A stretch of 64,000 nt of DNA, taken from Prorocentrum cordatum (taxonomy: Eukaryota). Below, piece by piece: positions 1 to 12,369 of this stretch. Location: NCBI GenBank assembly GCA_963575745.1, contig CAUYUJ010000181.1, positions 310,001 to 374,000 of the forward strand. The letters run 5' to 3'. The stretch's first letter is position 1. Every line of letters begins with the position of its first letter. The notes under the pieces are model-generated. The model saw only the letters and a list, made by a program, of their open reading frames with translations. It was not told the origin of the DNA and did no database searches. A program made the position numbers and the translations under genes.

Positions 1-1172
1 CTCGCTCGGCGCGTGGCCGCCGCGGCCGCGGCCCCCACGGCAAGGCCGCCCTCCGCCGCGAAGGGCGCGAGGCCCGCGGGGCCGACCCCGCCGCCCACGA
101 ACCCGTCCGCCCCTGGGCCAGGAGGGCGGTGGCCGGCAGCAGCAGCAGCACAGCTGTTCTCGTCGCAGCCGCCGTCGTCGGCGACGCCGAGCTCGGCGGG
201 AGGCCGCCCGACGGCCGTCGGCGTATGCACCGCGGTGGCCGCAGCGAGCAGATCCTCGAGCTCGACGAGGCGGTCGGCGGCCGCATCGACCTCGGCGCGC
301 TGCGCCTCAGACCCGTCTCCCAATCGACGGTCCCCCGATGCTACGATCGCGAGCGCCGCCGCATCCCTCCGCTACTTGGCGCCTCGGAGGAGGGCTTCCA
401 ACTCCGCGGCACTCGTGCCCTGAGGGACTCTCGCGATCTCCTCGAGGGGCCCGGCGCTGTCGTCGTCGAGAACCGGCACCTCCGAGCCGTCGAAGGTCAG
501 GCCGTCCTGGACGCCGAGAGCCGCGCAGCCGCATCGAAGGCGTCGTGCTCCAGCCGCTGCACGTCGGCGACCCGAAGGTCACCCGCACCCTGTTGCTCGA
601 CGCCCCATGCCAGGCGCGCAGGAGGACGCTGGCACGACAGGGGCGGCATCTGGTGAGAGCCTGGTGCCCTCCACCGCCGAGCCCATCTCGGCCGGCACCC
701 GCGCCTCCAGCCGCGGGCCCTTCGGAACCCGCCTCAGCGCGGCCTCCCCCGCCGTTGCCAGAGCCCGCGCCGTCGGCATCCGCGTGGAGGGCGACGTTCC
801 TGCGGAGCGCCTCCAGCCAGGCCGGCGCCCGTCCAGCCAGGCTTCGTGCGCCGGGCGGGGAGCAGCGCCCGCAGCCGCTGGCCCACCTCGTCGCGCCTCG
901 GCCACCGCCGTGAGCGCGTCCTCCGCCACCGCCCAGCGGCCTCTGCCGCGCGCGAGCAGCTCCTCCGAGAGCTGCCGCACGGCGCGGCCCGCGGAGCGCC
1001 GCGCCCACCCCCGAGCTGCGCGCCGCGCGTCGGCGGTGCGCCGTGGGCGGGCCGCGGCCCCGCCCTCCCGCAGCTCCGTCGCAGACCTCACGTCCACCGG
1101 CCGTCGCCGCCGCCATCTCCGGAAAGCGGCTCTGGAGACGTGGGGGACGGCTCGAGCCAAAGTGGCCACTGA
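1..1172 (-). pseudogene. Decayed SL-headed retroposed sequence inside a host intron
   Basis: 1172-1151 reads TCAGTGGCCACTTTGGCTCGAG (18/22 match to DinoSL). ATG follows at 1116, then GC-rich protein-like text broken across frames. Confidence 0.45.
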
Positions 1173-1691
1173 ACGGTGGGGGCGTTGGACGAGGAACCGT
1201 TGGATGAGGAATCCAGGGTCCAGACGCCCGGAAACTCCAACCGTGGATTGGCCATGGAAGCCTCCGCCGCCCGAATCATGTAAGGGATCCCCCAGGGTCT
1301 GAAGCCTCCTAGGCACATTCCTCAACCAATGTCCTACCGTAGTCGACGACATGGGACTCGTTACAGTTTCGCTCCGAACTTGGCGCAGCATCAACCCAGG
1401 CACGCCTCCTGTGCGCGAGGGCCACGTAAGGACAGGCGCGGTCAGCATCTAATCGATACTTCGGATCGAGTTGGGACGCATCGGAACGGACTCCGAATCG
1501 AATTGAGTCGCCCGCTCCTGGATGCACAGCAGCGTCATGCAGGCACCGCGCCGCATCGGATATTCTGACTATTGGACTCGAATCGGATCGGGCTGGCCGA
1601 AGCCGATTTTGAATCGGACCGACCAGCCAGGCATGTGCCATAAAAGGGCGTGTACCAGAGACGGAGCGGTCGGCGGTCCCGAGCGCCTGGC

Positions 1692-1770
1692 CTTGCTCTG
1701 CACCCTGGCCAGGTACCACGGCATGCCCGTCTCGGCCTCGAACTCCGCCGCCGTCAGCGTGGGCAGGACG
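1692..1770 (-). CDS. O-fucosyltransferase-family gene, exon 4 (gene continues to the left, probably beyond the window)
   Basis: CTCCAG acceptor; 1+78 nt giving (S)VLPTLTAAEFEAETGMPWYLARVQSK; GC donor; strong GC3 bias; completes the split AG|C codon from exon 3. Confidence 0.7.
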
Positions 1771-1936
1771 CTGGAGATGGAGGGGGACGACGAGGAGGAT
1801 GAGGGGGAGGACGTCGAGAACGACGAGGAGGTCGAGGAGGAGGAGGACGACGACGACAGCTACGAAGAGGAGGACAAAGACGAGGAGGCCGATAGCGAGG
1901 AACAGGGATAATAATGTCGAATACGACGACGGCGAC

Positions 1937-2013
1937 CTCTTCAGCTGCTTCAGGTTGATCAACTCCTCGAGGCGAGTTGTCTTCGTCCAGTTCCTGGTGT
2001 TGCCGACGATGGC
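1937..2013 (-). CDS. O-fucosyltransferase-family gene, exon 3
   Basis: AAG|GCC acceptor; 77 nt (AIVGNTRNWTKTTRLEELINLKQLK plus 2 nt); AG|GT donor; phase fits exons 2 and 4. Confidence 0.7.
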
Positions 2014-2265
2014 CTTCAAGCGACCCTCCTCATCCTCCTCAACAGCCTCATATCTCGTGATGAAAAGTCAATCAAATCGAAACCGATGACGAGCCAATGT
2101 GACCCGAAGACGAACATTGTGAAGTCTTGTCCTCCGCCATGTCCTCCTCCTCCTACCTCATCCTGCTTCTCGTGCACCTCGCCACCTCCTTCTATGCATC
2201 TCTCTCTATATATATGTGTGTATACATATATGTATATGTACATGTATATGTATATGTATGTTTAC

Positions 2266-2296
<31 letters not shown>

Positions 2297-2859
2297 CACG
2301 CCACGCGCACGCTTCGCGAGCGCTCAGGTTCTAGCATGTGCCAGCTCCGTCCTACACGCTACACAAGTGCACCATAGACCCATAGGTCCACCCAATTGTA
2401 CACAAATCCAATCGCACATTGACCCATACACTTAACCGCTCAGAATCGATCAATACCTCCACCCAACTTCAACGTTATCAAAAACTCAGTTGCAGGCGCA
2501 TGTCTCCACACACCGTCTATAATCATGTGTGTCGTTGGAATGAACTGTTTGTACACATACACATGCACGCATGTATGCATACATGTAGACGCACATGCAC
2601 ACGTATGCCTATTCCACTACATCGATGTATAATTAATGGTTATATTTGTATGTCGGGCAGCGGGATCCCCAAACAGGATGTTTCGATTAATTCGTCAGCC
2701 CAACGGGACAGAGGCGTGCTAAGATCTTCTGTGACTGGTTCAGAGTTCTCTAGCTCGCGCGCGCGGGGCCGCCCCTGGGGGTCCCTAGCCGAAAAGTACC
2801 CCAGCAAGGTCTGATCAGAGATTGTTTCGCTCCTGGGCGTCGCCCTCGGGGCCCCCCGT

Positions 2860-3430
2860 AAAGCTAAAAGAAAGGCCAAGAGGCCCCCAAAAGGCCGTCA
2901 AGATGGCCCAAGAGGTGTCCGGGACACCACTAGATCGCTCCAAGACGCCCAACATGCCCCCCAGACAGCCCAAGAGCCATCCAAGAGCACTTCCCAGAGG
3001 GCCCCCACATATACAAGTTTTTGAAGTCTTGAAAGAATTTGCCATTCTCCCCGTTGCAGCTTCCCGGCGCTCAAAGACGGCCCAAGAGGCCTCCAAGATC
3101 GCCCCAAGAGACCCTCTAAACAGGCTCCAAGACGGCCCAAGAGAGCCCGAGACGGCTCAACAGGCCTCCAAGAACCGCCCAAGAGGCCCCGATGACGGCT
3201 CCAAGGAACCCAGACGGGGGATCCGAACGGACGTTTCGAGCCCTCGGCCCCGAGAAGCCCCTAGGAGGCCCCAAGGGGACCCCAAAAGGCCCCCGAGAGG
3301 CCGCCAAGAGGACCCCAGGAATCCCCAAGAGACCCTAAAGATGCCCCCGAGAGGTGCCCAAGACGCTCCAGAGTCCTCAGAACTGCCCTCGAGAAGCCCC
3401 CGAGAGCGCTCCGAAGAGACCCAAAAAAGC
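2860..3430 (+). repeat. CCAAG-rich dispersed repeat (same family as 47-58 kb)
   Basis: Recurrent CCCAAGA/GGCCTCCAAGA motifs; minus-strand patches also at about 6040-6530, 31370-31490, 33000-33600 and 58440-58700. Confidence 0.75.
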
Positions 3431-3689
3431 ATCCCTGACCCATCACCTAGCCATGTCGGTGAGCAGTAGAATCCAGAACCCCCACGACAAGCTCCAAAGC
3501 AATTACTTCACATCCATGCCTGCTGTCGACAAGTCTCCATGAAAAAGACTACCGCCAAGCAGCGCCGCATAGGCAACGGACGCGCTGGCAAGTGCCAGCG
3601 ATGGCGAAACACGAGCCAGTGGAATGAGCGAAGCGCAAGAATGTATGTTGTGCAACATATACACATACATATCCTGCATGTCTATGTGT

Positions 3690-3945
3690 GTGAGCACCTA
3701 TGGCAATATAGGTGGTACTGTCTATGTTGTACAGTCGGTGTTGGGCAATCTACGTGGAGCAGCCTATGTTGTACATGACATGTGGTGCAACCGACGTGAT
3801 GTAACCAACGTGGTGCAAGCTATGCTGTGCAGTCTATGTGGTGCAATCAACGCGGCGAAACCACTGTGTTGCAATATAATTGGTGCAACCTGTGTGGTGC
3901 GCAACATATATTGTGCAACCTATTAGGAACCAACTATGTGCGCAA
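3690..3945. repeat. Degenerate short-unit satellite (xATCTATGTGGTGCA-like); also about 5300-5500 and 25280-25520
   Basis: Repeated TGTGGTGCAA / CTATGTTGTG motifs. Confidence 0.65.
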
Positions 3946-4069
3946 CTAATTTTTACCCATGATTTGACACATCCCATGCTCTTGCAAACATCCCACCCAC
4001 CCACCCGCAACTTGGTTTGCAAAACCTCTTGAGACCGTGACGGTAGATACCAGATGGCACTTGGCAACG

Positions 4070-4080
4070 ATACCGACGCC

Positions 4081-4111
<31 letters not shown>

Positions 4112-4600
4112 CCGACGTCGACGACGACGAAGACGACGACGACGCCGACGCCGACGACGACGACGAAGACGACGACGACGACGTCGCCAACGAAGACGAC
4201 GACGAGGGAGGAGGGAGGACGACTACGGCGACAACGACGACAACGACGACAACGACGAGGGAGGAGGGAGGACGGCGACGACGCGAACGACGAAGACGGA
4301 GGAAGGACGGCGACGCCGACGACGACAACGACGAGGGAGGAGGGAAGACGACGACGACGACAACGACGACGACGACGACGACGGCGACGAAATAGGAGGG
4401 ACGACGACGAGACGCCGACGACGGACGACGACGACGACGAGGGAGGAGGAGGAAGGACGACCACGGCGGCAACGACGACGGAAACGACCACGACGCCAAA
4501 GAGGACGACGACGACGAACACGAGGAAAGACAGAGGACGACGTATGACGACGACGACGACGCGGGAGGAGGGAGGACGGCGACGACGACGACGACGACGC
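4070..4600. repeat. (GAC)n degenerate microsatellite
   Basis: Seen directly. Confidence 0.9.
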
Positions 4601-5055
4601 AAGAGCGCGCGCGCACGCTTTTGTTGAAAATCCGTGTTGCGAAACCTTGTGTTTTTGTATGTTTTTGGACACACGATTTTGAACTCCTTCCGAAACCGAT
4701 GGGCTTTGAAGGATTTCGGCATACGCGCGCGACGACGCGCGCGTCTGCACTTCGTCCCATTTGTTGCAGAGGATTCTCGCGACGGCAGACGCGCAAGGGC
4801 ATTCGACAGATTTCGACATGAGCGCGCGCGAAGCCCGTTTGGTAGCATGTTGTGGAAATCTGGAAAACCTACAGTTTTCGTAAGATTTCGCAAGAGCTCG
4901 CGCGTAAGCTTTTTTAGCAAATCAGTGTTGCGAAACAATGTGTTTTTGTATGTTTCTTTGGAAACTCGATTGCCAAATCCTTCCGGCACCGAAGGTTTTT
5001 TGAAGGATTTCGGCATGCGCGCGCGACGACGCGCGCGTGTGCACTTCGTCCCATA
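4600..5055 (+). repeat. Two diverged ~160-bp direct repeats (about 4600-4760 and 4893-5053)
   Basis: Shared GTGTTGCGAAAC...TGTGTTTTTGTATGTTT...GAAGGATTTCGGCAT.CGCGCGCGACGACGCGCGCGT.TGCACTTCGTCCCAT. Confidence 0.75.
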
Positions 5056-5500
5056 TTTTGCAAGGGATTCGCGAACAAGTCTTATGTTAGAACAAAAAAT
5101 GTCACCGTATAATGTTGTTCACAAGGGAACCTCAGGGGGGGGAACCTGGTTGGCCTGGGACTTTGTGATTTCATATTAAGGATGGACATGTGGTCAGAAT
5201 CATAAATGATTTACATACCCGAAAGGGGGGCGATAACGCCCGGAGGGGGTAGAGTCTATTCTCCTTTTAGAAAGGAAGATAGATGTTGTTCAAATGTATG
5301 CCGTGCAGTGTATGCTGTGACACATACGCGTTTGAATATAATTGGCGCGCTCTAGTGATACCTGTGTTGTAATATATGATGTGCAGTCTACGTGGAGCAA
5401 TTTATGTGACGCAGTCAATGTGGAGTACGTGGTGCAATTCATTTGCTGCGCATCTATGATGTGTACAGTCTATGTGGACAAATCTATGTTGTGCGATCTA

Positions 5501-5676
5501 CAATAGGAGCCCGACCACAAGAAACCTTCAACAAGAAACCCAACCCTGAGACCCAAGGGCGTCCATTGATTTTTGGTGTGGATACGTCACACGTTCCATA
5601 GCAAAACCATGGAAACCCAAGAAACCCAGGGGACCCTGGAGGCAAGTTGGGTGTTTCTTGGCATGGGTCTCCACTG
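5501..5676. mobile_element. 176-bp MITE-like insertion with TA duplication (Tc1/mariner-type)
   Basis: TA at 5499-5500 and 5677-5678; imperfect terminal inverted repeats CAATAGGAGCCC..CAAGAAAC / GTTTCTTG..GGGTCTCCACTG; removal restores the satellite motif ATCTATGTGG. Confidence 0.55.
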
Positions 5677-7443
5677 TATGTGGCGGCGACGAGGCGGCGA
5701 CGGGGATAAAATTGCCGCCACAACGACTCGCAGGCCCAGACGACGGGCGGCGACGAGGCGAAGACGGGGCGGCGACGGCGACAACATAGCCACCAGACCG
5801 ACCCGCAGGCCCAGACGACGGGCGGCGACGAATCGGCGACGGCGACAGCATAGCCGCCAGACCGACCCGCAGCCCCGGCTCCTTTTTCCACAAGCAAGAA
5901 CCCTAAGAGCAAGCCCAGTTCGGGGAATGTGTCTGACTTGTTTGCGTATAAAGATGTATTTTCAAATGCATACAACAACATGTAGATACAGTAAGCATGT
6001 CATCTATCGAATCTGGGGCTGTGAGGCGACCGCTCCAGAGAGTCTCTTGGGGCCATCTCGATACCGCCATGGCGACGTTTTGGGCAGCCTTGGGCCCCTC
6101 TGGGCCATGTTGGGGGTCCCTTGGGGCTGCCTTGAAGCCGTTTGAGGGTACTTATGAGCTATGTGGAGCCCTGCCGAAGTAGTTTTCGGGCGCCTTGATC
6201 TTCTCGTGGGATGTCTTAGGGCTCTCTTGGGATGGCCGCCTTTGGGGGATACGGGGCGTTCTTGGGAGCTTCTTGGGCCATCTTGGAGGCTCCTAAGACT
6301 GAGAAGGCGAGTATGGCAAAATCATACGAGACATATTGAAAATCAACGGACTGTGTCTCTTGAGGGCCTCTTGGGAGTCCTCTTCGGGCCCCCTGGGGAC
6401 GCCTTGGGAACCTGATGGAGCCTCTAGTCCGGTACTCGTGCACTCTGCAGGCTTCCAGGTGTTCTCTCGGGCCGCCCTAGAACTGTCTGGAGCGGCAGTG
6501 GAGGGGCCTAGGACACCCTAGAAGGGGTGCCAAAACCCGTCGGCCAAGAAATGGGGAACATCGGGGAGGGTCTGCCGCTCATCGGCCTCTCCCTGGGGCC
6601 GGCTCGGATCGCGGCCGTCGTCCATGCCCCAAGGAAGCAAAAAAAGAGAAGCACATCCTCCATCCCCCCCTGTCACACGGAGGAGGAAGGGCAGGGTGAA
6701 AGGGTAAGGGATTATGAGGAAGTGGGAGGGACTGAGGGAGAGTGGCGAAGGTCTCAGGTGGACGAGAATAAGGAAGTCCTGGAGAAGGCTGTAAAGGTGT
6801 CTTCCGGGTTTGGACGGGTCTATGAGATTCTAGGGCTTGGGGAATAAGGAAAGAGATATAGAGAGACAAAAACAACTAAATACATACATACATGCATAGA
6901 GAGAGACAACAAAATAAGTAACACGAGATGCGTCAGGGAAAGAGAAGAGATGTCTCACTCCTCCTTTTCCACTCTTCCCTCGTCTCACCTATCCCTCCCC
7001 TCCTCCTTTTCCTGGTCATCCCCCTCATTCCCCTCCTCCTCCTCCGATGCATTGCACGGGAGACGATCGATCGAATCACATCGGGCCGACAAACACACAC
7101 ACATACACACACACACACACACACGCGCGCGCACGCACGCACGCACGCACCCACGCAAGCACGCACTTGTCCACAGCCCTTGCCCAGGAAGGTACATCGG
7201 CTCAGCCAGGACAGCAACACCAAGGGTGGGCCATACGCGAAGATATCGAGATTACCAATGGATCGGGGAGGGCGTAAAGGTGGGCCAGGGAGCAGAGGTG
7301 GGGTTAGAGGACATATTGTATCGGGTCGCGTACAGCCACGGCGCTGGTGGACGCCATCCCCGAGCGCAGCGGTAACCACGTCGGCGTCGGGCAAGCGTGC
7401 GACGAGGCGAGCGGTCCCCTCGGATCGCGGGCAGCGCCGGGGC

Positions 7444-7659
7444 CTTGTTCCACGGCCCGAAGTCCAGGAGGTACATCGGCGCCGCAGGAGGCAGCACCAG
7501 GGTGCGGTTGGTGCGGCGGGCCACGACGCCGGTCAGCTCCAGAGCGATGCGGATGTTGTTCAGGCCCCCGTGGTCGATCGTGAAGAGGAGGTACTTCTCT
7601 GTGGAGGGGAGCGGGGCCCCCTGCTGGCTCCAGTACTGCATGCGCCGCAGGATGGTAGC
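7444..7659 (-). CDS. O-fucosyltransferase-family (POFUT/O-FucT-like glycosyltransferase) gene, exon 2
   Basis: AG|G acceptor, then 72 codons ATILRRMQYW...KYLLFTIDHGGLNNIRIALELTGVVARRTNRTLVLPPAAPMYLLDFGPWNK, then GC donor. GGxNNxR...RTLVLPP is the N-terminal signature of GDP-fucose protein O-fucosyltransferases. Confidence 0.85.
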
Positions 7660-8399
7660 CTCTGTCTTGCAGTGGGGAGGGGGGTGAGGGTTTAGAGTCG
7701 GCGACTAATTGCCTTGCTCTGCTGGGTTATGATTGCGCCCTTTTGGAGGAATGGGTAGGACGGGTGGGCTCAAAATGTGCTCTCGCTCATCCGTGTTATC
7801 CCCCAAGCTGCCCTCCATGAAGCGCGCGAAACCTGACGTTTCCCAATGCTTCCACGGCCTGGCGTGCATGCAGTTCCCACTCGTCCTTGTGTGGTGCCTA
7901 GATGTCTGGTGCTTGGCACAATACACTACATGAGAAAAGAACTGACACCTACCACACTTGCGTCAACCCGCGCAAAAGCCCTGCAAATAACAACAACACA
8001 TTACATTACCCCACTGCGCAACCGGTACAACAAGTCCAGCGGCCGCTGTACGCTTCACTACTTCGAAACGCGTGTGTGTGTGTGCCGAAGAGCATAATTA
8101 ACATTGCGGGCATCATTCGGCATTGACCTACAACGGCATTCGGCATCACGAGGAGGAATGACAGTGGGCGGATGAGGAATAATAATAGTAGGATGCAGGT
8201 GCGAAGAAACAGGATGAGAGGGGGGTGAGAGGATATTCAGACGGGGGCCAGAAGGAGGAGGAGGAGGAGCCGGACGAAGGGACAAATAGGAAGACAACGC
8301 GATCAAAGAGGGTACGGAGAAAGATGAGGAGAAGCAGGAAGAGGAGAAACCTGGAGGAGGGGACAAGGAGGGCGACAACGATGGCGACGACGGGTGGGC

Positions 8400-8528
8400 C
8401 TCATCCACGTCCTTGGTGGCCAACTGGTGGTGGTGGCCAGAGTCGAGAAGACTCGTTGGTCTTGAGGGCAGTGCGATCGCAGCTGCCCTAGCGACGCAGA
8501 GGGATGCCGCGAGGAGGCGGACTACCAT
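8400..8528 (-). CDS. O-fucosyltransferase-family gene, exon 1 (signal peptide)
   Basis: ATG at 8528; 43 codons MVVRLLAASLCVARAAAIALPS...KDVDE with a hydrophobic N-terminus; ends GAG|GC (GC donor), phase 0, in frame with the next exon. Confidence 0.65.
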
Positions 8529-9519
8529 TGTGCCAGATCGCTCCTCCGGCAGTGTGTACAGTACGAAGTATGGAACAGGGCTGGACCTAAAAGTTGTTTT
8601 TCGTTTTGTTTTCGTTTTGTTGTTCGTGTTGCTCTTCCCATTTCCTGTATCTCCCTCCCAGGACGAAAAACAAAACACAGCCGAAGTCCAGCAAAACAGC
8701 GTTTAGGTTCAGCCCTGGTATGGAACACTCACGCAGAGCGGCGGCTGACCCGCCGCTCCATTAGCCGAAAGGGCTCCGGCGAGGAGAGGAGGGCGAGGAG
8801 GGGAGGGGGACGAGGCGCAAGGAGACAGGGGGGCAGAGGGGGCACCGCAGGAAGAAAACAGGAGGCAGAGTGATGGGGGGAAGGGGCAAAGGGGGGGGGG
8901 CGGGGGGAGGAGGGAGGGAGGATGAGGAGGGACTAGGGGCAAGGGAGCAGAAGGAGGGAGAGAGAGAGAGAGGAGAAACGATGGAGAAGGAGGAGAGGCG
9001 AAGGGAGAAGGAAGGAGAGAGGGGGAGGTGGAAGAGGAGGGAGGAGGTAGAAAAACGGAGGACGGTGGACGACGAGAACGAGGGCTCGTGCGCACCAGGC
9101 CTGATGGTAACGCCCTCCGCTGATATGCTGGGCTCACGTGTGGAACGGGAGGCCACGCGCTGGATACGCCTGCGGAAGCCTGCGGGCGGCCACCGCAGGG
9201 CTACGCGCGGGAAAGGCATCTGGCCACATGTGAACTCCACTCGATGATCCTCAGAACGTGTGTTAGCCCTAACGTGTGTGCTGTCCATCGAGGCCCTTCG
9301 ATACGACGCAGGCGATGTGATGATCTCCTGTTTGGTTTAGGCTTCAGGGGGCCACCACACATTGGGCGAACACACGTCCTGAGGATCATCGATCCACTCC
9401 CTCTAGGGGGACGAAGAGTGACCAAACACATAAGAACTCGGAGGCCCGCGCGGACTTCTCGGATCGGCGCTGGACCCCCCTCCCCGGCGCGCGGAGCGCG
9501 CCAAGGGCGGCGCGCCGCC

Positions 9520-11050
9520 GAGGCTCCTCCTGCTGCTCCTGCTCCTCCTGCTCCTCCTGCTCCTCCTCCTCCTTTTCCTCTCCTCCTCCTCCTCCTCCTC
9601 CTCCTCCTCCTCCTCCTCCTCCTCCCTTCTGCCTCCTGCCTCCTCGTCCCCCCCCTGTATCGGCAACAGCCCTTCTCCTGCCGCCGGGCGGACCGCGGCT
9701 TGCCTCTCCCGTGCACCCCAAAGGTGCCGCCCCCCGCCCCCGGCGGCCTGGCCTTCCCCTGCGCAGGCCCTGTCGGTACGCTGGTCTCCGGTGCCGGAGG
9801 CCGCCAGCGCACTGCTCATGGCGATGAAGCCTCCTCTCTCGGCCGCCCTCTTCCTCCTTCTCCTCCCCCTCCTCCTCCTTCTCCTCCCCCCTCATCCTTC
9901 TCCTCCTCCTCCTCCTCCTCCTCCTCCTCCTCGTCCTCCTCCTCGTCCCCTGGTGATCACACGCGTGAGCCCCCGGTTCTGGCACAGCCCGCGGGCTGAC
10001 CGAACACGTTGGCGTTGCCGTCTGCCCTCGCTGCTGGTGGAACTGTCCAGCTCTTGCCCGGGCCAGCGGCGTCCTCTGCATCCAGCCTCTCCTGGTGCAC
10101 GGGAATTGGTGAAGGGCAGGCGCATGACGCCTGACGCGCTGTGCGAGTGCTGCAGAGGCTGCGGGCCTCACGCAGGGGTAGCCACTTGCAAGGCCAGGAG
10201 TGCAGAGCAGGTGTGCCTCAGGCGACGGGCGAAGGAGGAACGAAGGGGAGATCGGGACAAGAGAAAGAGGAACATCGAGGGAAAGCGAGAGAGAGAAAGA
10301 GAGGCGGAGGGTGAAACGGGAGAAGGATAGGGCGAAACGTGAGCAGGCGGGTGGGGAGGAGGAAAAGCAGGAGGAAACGGGAGGAGGAGCGAGACATGGA
10401 CGAGGAGGGCCAGGAGGAGGAAGAAGCAAAACTAAGATTCCATCGTATCAGATCCCATTGCGTCCGCAGCATGCCGAAAGGACATGCACCCCTGAACGGC
10501 TGCTGCCCCTCTGCCGAGGCCTCGAACGCACCCGCGCGCGCTCCCCTGGGTCCTGCATCTCCACGATCCGGAAAGCCAGGTGTGCCTCTGCGCCAGGGGT
10601 GGGTCTCCTCTTCCTCCTCCTCCTCCTCCTCCTCCTCCTCCTCCTCCTCCTCCTTCGCCTCCTCCTCCTCCTCCTGCTCTTGCCCGGACTGCCGTCTCGC
10701 AGTCGTCCTCTTCCTTGTGCTTCTCGTCGCCCTGCTCCTTCTTCTTCTCCTCCTCCTCCTCCTCCTCCTCCTCGTCCTCCTCCTCCTCCTCCTGCACCTC
10801 CTCCTGCCGCTCCTGGTCCTCGTCCTGCTCCTTCTGCGCCTCCTCCTCCTTTTCCTCCTCCTCCTCCTCCTCTTCCTCCTGCATCCTCCTGCGCCTCATC
10901 CTCCTCCTCCTGCGCCTCCTCCTGCGCCTCATCCTCCTCCTCCTCCTCCTCTTCCTCCTCCTCCTCCTCCTCCTCCTCCCCTGCACCTCCTCCTCCTCCT
11001 CCTCCCCTCCTCCTCCACCTCCTCCTGCGCCTCCTCCTCCTCCTCCTCCT

Positions 11051-11081
<31 letters not shown>

Positions 11082-11460
11082 TCCTCTTCCTCCTTCGTCC
11101 TCCTCCTCCTCCTCCTCCTCCTCCTCCTCCTCCTCCTCCTCCCACTCTTGCTCGGACTGCCGTCTCGCCCTCGTTCTCCTCCTCCTTGTCCTCCTCGTCG
11201 CCTTGCTCTTGCTCCTCCTCCTCCTCCTCCTCCTCCTCCTGCGCCTCCTCCTGCCGCCCCCGGTCCTCGTCCTGCTCCTTCTGCGCATCCTGCCTCTCCT
11301 CTGCTCGTCTTTTTGTTTGGCCTTCTGCTCCTGCTCCTCCTCCTGCTCCTTCTGCGCCTCCTGCTCCTCCTCCACCTCCTCCTCCTCCTCCTCGTCCTCC
11401 TCGTCTCCTTCCTCCTCCTCCTCCTCCTCCTCCTTCTCCTGCGCCTCCTCCTGCCCCTCC
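9520..11460. repeat. (CCT)n / purine-pyrimidine low-complexity tracts
   Basis: Seen directly; similar tracts at 21380-21560, 27480-27610, 33800-34170, 37240-38200 and 45840-45920. Confidence 0.9.
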
Positions 11461-12318
11461 TTTTTTGAGATTGGTCGGACAAACGCTACACAGCTGTTGT
11501 GCCCATGCCGGCGAAAAAACAACAGAGAAACGCCTGAGGCGCAGTGGCCAACAAATTGGCCATGGTGGTCGGAGGAGAGAACAACCAGTGGCACAGCTGT
11601 TGCGTCCATGGCGGAGGAAAAACAGAGAACCGACTCAGGCGCAGTGGCCGACAAATTAGCCCCGGTGGGCGGAGTAGAGAAGAACCAGGGCAGCAGGGAA
11701 GGATAGCAATAATGGCAAGCCCGTGGAGGCACATGGTGCACGCACGCCTACTGGAGGGGGGGGGGTGATGGAGGCGAGAAAGCTTTTTGCAAGCACCATA
11801 ACTGTGATGATGGGTGGGGGAGGTCGAACCACTGTGCAGGCGGCACCTGGAGGCACCAGGGGGGCCGTGGTGTTGTGTAGGGCGTCGGGAGTTCGAGACT
11901 CCATCGGCTACCGGGGCCCCCGATGCAATACCGCCCTGGGGGGGCCCGGCCCTGCGACCGTCGCCCCACCGTCCAGTCCCCCTCCTCCTCCTCCTCCTCC
12001 TTTTCCTCCTCCTCCTCCTCCTCATCATCGCAAACGCTGCGCGACGCGCGTCGTGTCTGCTGACTCCAGGCATGGCCGCCGCCCGCGGCCGCGCCCCGAG
12101 AGGGAGGTAGAGGCCACCGCTGACGCCGCCGCCACGTTACAAGGAGGAACGACGGAGACGAAAGGGGGACGTACGACGACCCCCCGAAGGGCATTGGGGC
12201 CTTGGGGGCCCCCGCCGCTCCCTCCGGGGGGTCTCTCGCAGGCGCCGCTCAATTCGCGTAGTTGTTGATGCTGCGGCAGCGGGCCCGTGCGCTGTAGCGC
12301 CACGGGGGACATGAGGCG

Positions 12319-12332
12319 GGCACTCCAGGCCC
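12319..12332 (+). repeat. Target-site duplication, left copy
   Basis: GGCACTCCAGGCCC identical to 21179-21192. Confidence 0.9.
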
Positions 12333-12369
12333 CAGAACTGGACAGTGTTGGACATCAATACTTATCAAT

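Noticed and set aside
10200..11741. Long poly-Pro/Leu/Ser/Glu ORFs (also 3834-5016, 23682-24545, 30292-31349, 33255-34298, 37111-38390)
   Set aside because: Trinucleotide microsatellites open in several frames on both strands.
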